DNA of 64,000 nt from Macrostomum hystrix. Lineage: Eukaryota > Animalia > Platyhelminthes. The notes under the pieces are model-generated. The model was given only the letters and a program-made list of their open reading frames with translations. It did not search any database and was not told where the DNA came from. The stretch is from NCBI GenBank assembly GCA_950097015.1, contig CATNEN010000039.1, positions 7,564,001 to 7,628,000 of the forward strand. The letters are read 5' to 3'. Below, piece after piece: positions 10,908 to 21,900 of the stretch (position 1 is its first letter; each line of letters begins with the position of its first letter). The translations under genes were made by a program, and so were the position numbers.

Positions 10908-11420
10908 GGGGAAGGATAATGTGGACAAGAGGGAGGATAATGTGGACAAGAGGGAGGATAATGTGGACAAGAGGAAGGATAATGTGGACAAGAGGGAGGA
11001 TAATGTGGACAAGAGGGAGGATAATGTGGACAAGAGGAAGGATAATGTGGACAAGAGGGAGGATAATGTGGACAAGAGGGAGGATAATGTGGACAAGAGG
11101 AAGGATAATGTGGACAAGGGGAAGGATAATGTGGACAAGAGGGAGGATAATGTGGACAAGAGGGAGGATAATGTGGACAAGAGGGAGGATAATGTGGACA
11201 AGAGGGAGGATAATGTGGAGAAGAGAGAAGATAATGTGGACAAGGGGAAGGATAATGTGGACAAGAGGGAGGATAATGTGGACAAGAGGGAGGATAATGT
11301 GGACAAGAGGGAGGATAATGTGGACAAGAGGGAGGATAATGTGGAAAAGAGGGAGGATAATGTGGAGAAGAGAGAAGATAATGTGGACAAGAGGAATGAT
11401 AATGTGGAGAAGATGAATGA
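10908..11420. repeat. 21-bp minisatellite, right arm
   Basis: Same unit as 4027-4364. Confidence 0.95.
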
Positions 11421-11442
11421 TTATTTTGTGTAGAGCGGTGAA

Positions 11443-11652
11443 AGGGAGTAGACAGATAAGGTAAGTGAGAGGGAGTAGACAGATAAGGTAAGTGAGAGGG
11501 AGTAGACAGATAAGGTAAGTGAGAGGGAGTAGACAGATAAGGTAAGTGAGAGGGAGTATACAGATAAGGTAAGTGAGAGGGAGTAGACAGATAAGGTAAG
11601 TGAGATGGAGTAGACAGATAAGGTAAGTGAGAGGGAGTAGACAGATAAGGTA
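11443..11652. repeat. 27-bp tandem repeat (about 8 copies) at the 3' end of the cyclophilin 2 intron
   Basis: (GGGAGTAGACAGATAAGGTAAGTGAGA)n. Confidence 0.93.
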
Positions 11653-11700
11653 ACCCGTGGCGGTCTATAAATAAGAAGCCGTCCGTCTGATCGACTGTAG

Positions 11701-12077
11701 GCAAAAGCGGCAAGCCGCTGCACTACAAGGGCAGCACCTTCCACCGGGTGATACCGCAGTTCATGTGCCAAGGCGGCGACTTCACCCGCGGCAACGGCAC
11801 CGGTGGCGAGTCGATCTACGGCGAGAAATTCCCCGACGAGAACTTCTCTATTCGGCATAGCCGGCCCTTCCTGCTGTCTATGGCCAATGCCGGGCCCAAC
11901 ACCAACGGCAGCCAGTTCTTCATCACCACGGAGAAGACGCCCTGGCTTGACGGCAAGCACGTTGTGTTTGGCGAAGTGTCCAGCGGCGAGGAGGTGGTCA
12001 GAGCCATCGAGGGCCTGGGCTCGGGTTCTGGCCGTACAGCCAAGACTGTGACCATTGAAGACTGTGGAGAGATCTGA
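11701..12077 (+). CDS. PPIF: Cyclophilin 2, second coding exon (after a 7.74-kb intron, 3961-11700)
   Basis: Acceptor ctgtag ends at 11700. G|GC AAA AGC GGC AAG CCG CTG CAC gives [19 protein letters not shown]...[10 protein letters not shown]...EDCGEI*. Intron position and phase match cyclophilin 1. Confidence 0.92.
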
Positions 12078-13042
12078 GCTTGTCTCTCTGCTGGCTATTC
12101 GTTTAATGATCGCAGTCTAGAGTTTGAGCTAGTAGCCTAGTTTGTGTTAGCACTGCCTCTAATTCGTTAGTTTAAGTTCTAGTTTCACTCAGTTTGTCGA
12201 CATCGAACGCGCATCTCTCCTCTCATCATGTGCTAGCTCCAATTAAAACTTCTGCATTGGAATCGCCTAGATCAACGGCATTTAAGAAATCAACATTTTT
12301 GTGACCTTAAGTTCTGTTTTAGTTATTTCTTGTTTGTTTAGGAGCGTATTGTGACACGAGTTCTACAAATGGCCTAATACCTCTATGATGATATTAGACA
12401 AAGGAAATCTAATCTACGGCTCGTAGTTCAAAACGTAGTTCAGACAGGGCAGACGGAAGAAAACATGTTGGGAACGTTAATTAATGCTCGCTGAAAATGC
12501 ACCAATAACAGACATAGAAATAGTTATTAAAAACTGACACAAGGCACTATTAGAGATGTAACAGACTAAGGTAAATTGTTACTAAGAACAGACATTGACT
12601 GCGGCGCACAACTGACTTTTTTTATTAAAAATCTAAACTTTTATCATTATTAGAACCCGATTACCCGAGTTACTATTTCATTACACAATATGTGTTTCAA
12701 AACACAAACAAGTTTTAGTGTTTAGGGATTTGCAGTCGTTATGAAAGATTATCACTCTATCACACTACATAAACTTTGAGAATGCATACATCGTTTACAC
12801 AGTATGTTTGGTATTTTAACTTTCCTAATTAGATAGCAACAGTGGTGTTGATAATTAAGAACAAAGTACTGTCAGTTGTCGTGCAGTCAGTTTTGCGCAT
12901 GCATGCTTGCAATTATAAATGGGTCAGTGTGAGCATGAGTACTCAAGACAGCACTTCTTAATGACAAAATTGCGCAGTCAGAAAGATATTCCACTGCAAA
13001 GAAAAAAGACAGCGAACTGGTGACTCCTTTGGTGACTAGTCA

Positions 13043-13295
13043 CAGCAACCGACTGGTGACTGCGGCCGCGATGGCGTGGCAGCGGATGCGCCAGAACCAG
13101 TCGCTGTACCAGTTCGAGCGACCAGGCAGGCTGCTGCCGATGCTGCGACTGCTGACAGCCAGCGAGGCTTCGGCCAGCTACAGGGCCTCCGTGGCTCGAG
13201 CGTGGCTGCGGCACAGTCAACTCCGAGCTGCCGTGCCGCGTCGACAAGCGCTACGCCAGCAGCTCTTGGACCGCACCATTGACGAGGAGGTGAGG
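13043..13295 (+). pseudogene. Internally deleted partial copy of the neighbouring glycosyltransferase-like exon 1
   Basis: Near-identical to 14978-15146 fused to 15347-15453. It has a 200-bp deletion plus smaller ones and keeps the GTGAGG donor. Confidence 0.85.
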
Positions 13296-14763
13296 GTCCC
13301 AATTTGTTATTTGCATTTTTGGTGTTGCCGGTACAAGACCATCTGTCGGACGCTGGGATGCAACTATTGAAGTTTTTATGCTTACAGGAAAAGCAAAAAC
13401 AGTTTTGGTGTTTAAATATGCCTGAGAAACTCCATCAACGAACGGGAAGATTAATGGAAATAGCTCCTAACACAGTTGGGCTAGATGTAAAAAAGCTAGT
13501 GCCACACAGCCGCCCAGCTCTGCTTGCGACCTGCATTGTTGAAGGAATGAGATGTTACGTGACTTTCTCAAACACGCTGTACCTGCGATGCTGAGGCGCC
13601 TGAGTCCGTCAGCTTCAGAGCACTTAACTGGCACCGCACCACCGCCGTCCAGTTTGCCCACCGCTAGTTAGCTTGCGCTTGTCAAAACCTCGGCCAGTCT
13701 TTCCAACGTCCAGTTCGCTCTGGTTCCAAGACGACCTCCTCTGGCACCCCTTTCTCTTCGGCGCTTTATGCCCAAGCTCTGAACTAAAATGAAATCGTGG
13801 CAGCGTACACAAAAATGCGACCTACTGTATACTCAAGCAGCCATCGCACCAATTCACCAAAGAGCATAGTAGGCACGGCAGACCATAGTTAAACTCTTAT
13901 TTATACATTTATTTATGCACGACCACCAGTTGTACACTCAGAAACGGTGTCGGCATCAACTCTGAAATGTGATCATTGCGCATGTGGCAAGCTGCTTTCA
14001 CGATGAACAACTCCGCTCATTGCAGACGGCCTTACGGAACCACCAGCGTACTCAGGTAGTCAGTTCAGGTCTATAGCACACGCCTGGCTAAAAAATATCC
14101 TCACCTGTTTCTTTCTCTCCCACACCCATTCAGCAGCCATGGGTGCTGGGTAGAGGCAATCCTCCATTGTGCGCCCCGCCAGAATTGGCTGCATACCATG
14201 GGTACCGGCTGGCTGGGATTGGGGTCGGCATAACGTACGGGCAGGGCAGGCTGAACTAACAGTCTGGCTTATGCTAAGGTAGTCAGTGACTCACCGTAGC
14301 CAGGTTGAATTAGGCTTATGGATTTTCAGCCTCTGAAATGGGCTGCTCAAGCTGCTGAGGCCGCTAAGTCTTCTGCTCTCAGTCTCCATTGTTGGGTAAG
14401 TCTTCTGCCACAGGCACAATTACCGTCTAATTTTTTAATCAAAATAAATTCATCCCGTGCATGAATTATACCCGTGCATTTGAAATCATATGCATGGTTT
14501 CGGGTAACCATTTATACTCGTAGTTACCCGAAAGTAGTGTTTTAGTATTGCACTTGGATTAATTGTTATGTCGTATAGTTTTTGTGTCTACTAAAACCCA
14601 CAACACAACACAACACAAGCGAAGCAACTCGTCCAGAATGAGGCACTCAAAGGATAGGCACAAAAGCAGCAGTAAATGCATCTCTAGGATGCCTAACTAT
14701 GCAAAGCTTTCCACTTTGGCTCCTTTTGAATCTGACACATTCTAGGAAAGCACACTTAAGACA

Positions 14764-16149
14764 ATGCGAACAAGAGGACCGATTGGGATCAATCGGTGGC
14801 GCACGGGTCTGGCAGCGCTCACGGGACTGATCGTCGGCTGGCTCCTCGGGCTCGCCACATTCTCGCTGCTGTCAGCGGAGACGGAGGAAGACCTGGTGCC
14901 TCCGCTGCAAGATGCTCAGACGCTGGCCTGGCCGAGCAGGGCTCCTGAGCCGAGGAACTCAAGCCTGGTTCTGCAGCAGCAACCGACTGGTGACTTTGCG
15001 GCCGCGATGGCGTGGCAGCGGATGCGCCAGAACCAGTCGCTGTACCAGTTCGAGCGACCAGGCAGGCTGCTGCCGATGCTGCGACTGCTGACAGCCAGTG
15101 AGGCTTCGGCCAGCTACAGGGCCTCCGTGGCTCGAGCGTGGCTGCGAACTCAGTCGCTGGTGATCGTCGGCACTGTGAGGAACGGCATGCCCCTGCTTGA
15201 GAACAGCCTTAGAAATCTGGGCCGTCTGAGGAGTCTGTTCCGTCAGAGCTGGATGCTGCTGGTGGAGAACAACTCTGACGACGGCACCCGACAGCGGCTG
15301 CTGCGGTTGGCTCGACGTGACTTGAGGGTGCGCGTGCTGGGCTGCGGCACAGTCAACTCCGAGCTGCCGTGCCGCGTCGACATGCGCTACGCAAGCGGCT
15401 TGCAGCACCGCCCCGGCGCCTTCTTGGACCGCACCATCGACGAGGAGGTGAGGACTCTAATAATAATTAGTTCGCTATTCCAATTTTCGATGCGCTTTCA
15501 AATGTACCTGCAAGTAGACAGTTTGAGACCTGAGAAATCTGAGCACCTGAGAAACTGAAAAACTCGTATCCTTAATTCTTAATCGTTTCGTAAACTGCAT
15601 GCCAGTGATTTATTCCATTTCTGATTGCAGATCGATCGGGGCCTGATGATGTCTGCGTTGCGCAACGAATACCTGAACCATGCGTACGACCACTTGGGTG
15701 ACAGAGCGGACCTCCTGCTGATCATCGATCCGGACATGATTTGGAAGACCTGGAGCCTCAACAACATCCTGCAGGGCCTCTACTACTTCAAGACTCGACC
15801 CCAACTGCAGCAGCTGTGCGCCAACACACTCGACCTGAAGTTCAACACCCTGTACGACCCGTGCACGCTGAACTTCTTTGGGAACAAGCGGTTCGGTGAG
15901 GACACCAAGTACCCGTACGTGGACTACGCGAGATCCATTCAGCGTGGCGCCGCGGACCTGCCTCCAGTGAAGGTCGAGAGCTGCTTCCAGGCGTTGTCTT
16001 TCTTCCGCTTCTCGGAGCTGCGGAGTCGCCGGCTGCAGTACGAGCGGAGCCACGGCGAGTGGATGTGCGAGCACAACACGCTGTCCAGGCAGCTCCAGGA
16101 GGTCTACCTCGACTCGCAGATGCGTCTGGGCATTCGAAGGGCCTGGTGA
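14764..16149 (+). CDS. Type II membrane glycosyltransferase-like protein (GT-A fold), 2 exons (14764-15447, 15631-16149), about 400 aa
   Basis: N-terminal TM segment, then VIVGTVRN, LLVENNSDDGT, LRNEYL, IIDPD (DxD), VESCF and CEH motifs. Phase-0 GT..AG intron. Confidence 0.8.
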
Positions 16150-18121
16150 CGCGGTTATTTTAAGCTTGTTGCTTTTACCGATTGTTTTCTCGTTGTTTGT
16201 TGAATTTGCTAATACGATCGTCATATTTTATGTCCGAAAAGTTCTCTTCAAGCAGTCGTTGAGTTGTTTTATACCTCTATATCGACTTTGCTGTAATTCA
16301 ACTTTACTTCCTTTTTTGCTACTCTTTTAAATTAAATACCACTATGAGTAGTGGTGATCTCGAGGTCTGGACTTCAATGTAAGATTTCACTGGTGCATGT
16401 AGACTGATAGAGTTGAAACTGAAGCTGTGTGCTGTCCATATTTGCAAAATTGCAGGGTTAACATTTTAAGTCGAAAGGTTTATCTATTCAAAAGTTATGA
16501 CTAAAGTCTCGTTACTATCGAAACACGAGATAATGATAAAGTAACACGCTATCTGCACTTTAATAACAATATTGAACAATGCACACTATTCCTTACGATA
16601 AGAAAATTCTGGAAAAAAACTAAAGATTTATTGCTAATGCCTGCTCACAACTATCTCATCTATCTCAATCTATCTCTATCTGTAGATAAGAGAGATGCAA
16701 ATGCATAAAGCTGCTTAGAAGCTTGTGTACTTTTATGTGCGTTGTACTTTCATTATATAGAAACTAGTATTCGACCGTTGCAGCTAAATATCCCATAGAC
16801 AATTCGTTCTACCTGTTTGATTGCGAGGACCGCGTTAAGAGCGTTTGCGGCTCTAGCGTTTGTAGTAACCTGGGCTTTGCTATCTACCTAAATACACTAG
16901 ACCACAAAGCTACACAACGGAACTTAGAATGATCGTTTTTATTTATTTAACGTGCTACGAAAAAAACTCTTCCAGTCACAGAGTGGAACTGACATCAACA
17001 TTAGAACAAGCCTAAAAATAAATTTTCCCAAAAATTGACCAATTAGAGGTTGTCCTTGGGACTGTACTATAAGCTTATACTCGCATGTACTTGCTAAGAC
17101 TGTTTATTCTTATTATGATTGCATTCGCAATAAAACAAAAATGGCTAATTAAACTTTTTGCATTCTTGTTGAAAATCTGAAAGGTCTCTCCAAGGACTTG
17201 TACGAGTATAAATAGCATCTATAAATATATTCCTATATTCAGAGGTCCTTGGTCTTTTCCGCTGACGGTTTATAGTCTATGGTATTTATTTACTGAAACT
17301 GCGTTCAGTTTGAGCTTTGTGTGATAAAGGGGACTTAAGAGCAACGAATACGATTGGTCGAAATGTCACTTTGTGGTAATGAACTCTGATTAATGGCCGG
17401 TCATTGGCTTTCCCGCCTGTTTTAGCCATAGACAACGCCACCAATGCAGCTAATAAGAGTCCATGGACAAATATGATGCAGTTGGCCTAACTATAGCTAG
17501 GTGTTATCTGTGCATGTATCTAAAGCTTTTACAGAGGCACAATAAATAGATAACAGAAACAAAGATAATTCACTGCAGTGGACATTGAGCTCAAGTTGTG
17601 CATTCTATTGAATCTGAGCATCGTCAATTTTAATAATTGCCTTGCTTGAACAGATTCTTTATTATCATTAGAAAAGTCATAATTACAAAACGCGAAACAA
17701 CAACCAGGAAGTCAGGTCAGTTAGCCGCATTAAAAAATATAAACAAAAACGTCCCTTCAAAAACAGAAAACCACGGTTAACAAAAAAAATTAGCTGAAAA
17801 ATATGAACGCTGAAAACAGCAAGTTTTTCAACTGCTAACTTTGGCAGCTGTTGCACTAAATAGATAATATGATTAATAATGCACTATGACAGCAGCATTG
17901 ACTATAACACGAAACAGAGAGTAACTTGGCGTACCTAAGCTTCCCCAATAGAAGCCATTCCTTTTTTCCATGGCTTTCGACTGGTGAAACTAAACACTAA
18001 AAATATTACCAGATTCCATAACTGCAGGATACCAACGAGAAAATTAGTAAAATAAATACACAACTATAAACAACAGCTTAAAGTACAGGACTAGGAAACA
18101 CTATGCTCTGGATGAGACACA

Positions 18122-18868
18122 AGCCTGCTCAAATGACTGGGTGAGGCTTTAACAGCCTGCTCAAATGACTGGGTGAGGCTTCAACAGCCTGCTCAAATGA
18201 CTGGGTGAGGCTTCAACAGCCTGCTCAAATGACTGGGTGAGGCTTCAACAGCCTGCTCAAATGACTGGGTGAGGCTTCAACAGCCTGCTCAAATGACTGG
18301 GTGAGGCTTCAACAGCCTGCTCAAATGACTGGGTGAGGCTTCAACAGTCTGCTCAAATGACTGGGTGAGGCTTCAACAGCCTGCTCAAATGACTGGGTGA
18401 GGCTTTAACAGCCTGCTCAAATGACTGGGTGAGGCTTTAACAGCCTGCTCAAATGACTGGGTGAGGCATTATCAGACTGCTCAAATGACTGGGTGAGGCT
18501 TTAACAGCCTGCTCAAATGACTGGGTGAGGCTTCAACAGCCTGCTCAAATGACTGGGTGAGGCATTATCAGACTGCTCAAATGACTGGGTGAGGCTTCAA
18601 CAGCCTGCTCAAATGACTGGGTGAGGCTTCAACAGCCTGCTCAAATGACTGGGTGAGACTTTAACAGCCTGCTCAAATGACTGGGTGAGGCTTCAACAGC
18701 CTGCTCAAATGACTGGGTGAGGCATTATCAGACTGCTCAAATGACTGGGTGAGGCTTTAACAGCCTGCTCAAATGACTGGGTGAGGCTTTAACAGCCTGC
18801 TCAAATGACTGGGTGAGGCTTCAACAGCCTGCTCAAATGACTGGGTGAGGCATTAAAAGACTGCTCAA
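18122..18868. repeat. 32-bp minisatellite (about 23 copies)
   Basis: (CAGCCTGCTCAAATGACTGGGTGAGGCTTCAA)n. Confidence 0.95.
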
Positions 18869-18951
18869 ACTGTAAAACATTTAGCGACTAAAAAAGCAAG
18901 ACAATCAGCCAGCTGACAGTGAAGTATCTTGATATGATTTGGGCCAAGTGG

Positions 18952-21900
18952 CTACACCAACAGCTGGCGAGTCAGCAAACGCTTTCTCTGCTCTTGTAAT
19001 TGGTCAATATCGTCTTCGAAGTCTTCAGATCGACTGGCAGTGTCATCGGCTGGGTGCTGACGGGAGAACTGCTGCTGCTGCTGCTGCTGCTGCTGGGTTG
19101 ATCGATTGGCAACCGGCTGGTCAGCCGGACCAAGCTGCAGATTTAAGAATTATTAAAGCCTTAAAATAAAAATATTAAAACAATAATAATAATAATAATG
19201 ATAATTTGCTGCAGGGCAGCAGGCAATGGCACAGCATTTGGTGACCGAGACCTGCAGCCAGCGTGGAGGGAGCTCTGCCATTTCGCTGACTACTGAACAC
19301 ACGCTTACACAGGTGTGTACATCTGCACTGACTTTCTCATGGGCAGGCAGTGTACACTTCACTGTGCCTTGGAGGTTGGCCCTCAAGGGCGTAATTGCAC
19401 GACAAGCCCCCAAGCCTTCTCTCCGAGGCTGCGCTCCCAAATAAATGTGGCCTCGCTGCGGAATCGAGCTCAGGACCTTAGTGCGAGCGGCAAACGCGTG
19501 AATCACTCTGCCACTCACCATTTTGAAGCCGAATTAATAAGGGAAGTTTATAGCCGAGTGGTTAGAAACTTAGAACTCGTACTTCTGATCGAGAGGTTAC
19601 GAGTTCGAGTCACAGCTCACGAGAGAGAATCTGTGTCCTTGAGCAGGACATTCAATTCCCTAGTATTTTGATAACCCAGCTGAAAATTTAGTACAGGCAT
19701 CTGCTCGGGTAAAATTAGGGTGGGTTTTGCGTCCTATGCAGTCCGCGGACTGAAAAGCGATAGCTGGGGCTGCTCCAGCCAGTACATCTGGAGTTGTGAA
19801 GGATGGGACAGTTGTAGAGGATGGGACAGCAATGGAGGATGGGACAGCAATAGAGGATGGGACAGCAATGGAGGATGGGACAGCAATGGAGGATGGGACA
19901 GCAATGGAGGATGGGACAGCAATGGAGGATGGGACAGCAATGGAGGATGTGACAGCAATGGAGGATGGGACAGTTGTGGAGGATGGGACAGCAATGGAGG
20001 ATGGGACAGCAGTGGAGGATGTGACAGCAATGGAGGATGGGACAGCAATGGAGGATGGGACAGCAGTGGAGGATGTGACAGCAATGGAGGATGGGACAGC
20101 AATGGAGGATGTGACAGCAGTGGAGGATGGGACAGCAATAGAGGATGGGACAGCAATGGAGGATGGGACAGCAATGGAGGATGGGACAGCAGTGGAGGAT
20201 GGGACAGCAATGGAGGATGGGACAGCAGTGGAGGATGTGACAGCAGTGGAGGATGGGACAGCAGTGGAGGATGTGACAGCAATGGAGGATGGGACAGCAG
20301 TGGAGGATGTGACAGCAGTGGAGGATGGGACAGCAGTGGAGGATGTGACAGCAATGGAGGATGGGACAGCAGTGGAGGATGGGACAGCAATGGAGGATGG
20401 GACAGTTGTGGAGAATGGGACAGCAATGGAGGATGGGACAGCAATGGAGGATGGGACAGTTGTGGAGAATGGGACAGCAATGGAGGATGGGACAGTTGTG
20501 GAGAATGGGACAGTTGTGGAGAATGGGACAGCAATGGAGGATGGGACAGTTGTGGAGAATGGGACAGCAATGGAGGATGGGACAGCAGTGGAGGATGGGA
20601 CAGTTGTGGAGAATGGGACAGCAATGGAGGATGGGACAGCAATGGAGGATGGGACAGCAATGGAGGATGGGACAGCAGTGGAGGATGGGACAGCAGTGGA
20701 GGATGGGACAGCAATGGAGGATGGGACAGCAATGGAGGATGGGACAGCAATGGAGGATGGGACAGCAATGGAGAATGGGACAGCAATGGAGGATGGGACA
20801 GCAGTGGAGGATGTGACAGTTGTGGAGAATGGGACAGCAATGGAGGATGGGACAGTTGTGGAGAATGGGACAGCAATGGAGGATGGGACAGCAATGGAGG
20901 ATGGGACAGCAATGGAGGATGGGACAGCAGTGGAGGATGGGACAGCAGTGGAGGATGGGACAGCAATGGAGGATGGGACAGCAATGGAGGATGTGACAGC
21001 AATGGAGGATGGGACAGCAGTGGAGGATGGGACAGCAATGGAGGATGGGACAGTTGTGGAGAATGGGACAGCAATGGAGGATGGGACAGCAATGGAGGAT
21101 GGGACAGTTGTGGAGAATGGGACAGCAATGGAGGATGGGACAGTTGTGGAGAATGGGACAGCAATGGAGGATGGGACAGTTGTGGAGAATGGGACAGCAA
21201 TGGAGGATGGGACAGCAATGGAGGATGGGACAGTTGTGGAGAATGGGACAGCAATGGAGGATGGGACAGCAATGGAGGATGGGACAGCAATGGAGGATGG
21301 GACAGCAGTGGAGGATGGGACAGCAATGGAGGATGTGACAGCAATGGAGGATGGGACAGCAGTGGAGGATGGGACAGCAATGGAGGATGGGACAGCAATG
21401 GAGGATGGGACAGCAATGGAGGATGGGACAGCAGTGGAGGATGTGACAGTTGTGGAGAATGGGACAGCAATGGAGGATGGGACAGCAGTAGAGGATGAGA
21501 CAGCAGTGGAGGATGTGACAGTTGTGGAGAATGGGACAGCAATGGAGGATGGGACAGCAGTAGAGGATGAGACAGTTGTAGATGATATGTCACAAGAATT
21601 ATGGTCAGTGAAGCGAAACAGAAGTGCATTAGATGAAGAATTTCGCCAGGTCTAGTATCAATATAAAGAAGATATTATCAAATCCCCATCCCTGAAGGCA
21701 AGGCTCAGCGCAGACCATCAGAGAGTTGCAGCTGTTCGCATCGTCCAGATCTCCCAATGAGTCGTTGCCGCCGGCCAGCGAGTTGGCTCGCCCGCGCAGA
21801 GCTCGAAGAAACAGACCGGCCACCTGGAAGACATTGCGCCCAACGCAATGATCGCACAGAACGCAGGCTAGCAACAGACCCCAGCTGAGCAGTACAGTCA

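Noticed and set aside
13560-14340. Possible decayed RTE-like LINE relic or second HDV-like fold
   Set aside because: Only vague similarity. No consistent P1/P3/L3 could be built and there is no RT motif.
19720-21655. Plus-strand GWDSNG and EDGTAM repeat ORFs
   Set aside because: No plus-strand gene context. Only the minus-strand SSIAVP frame fits the flanking splice phases.
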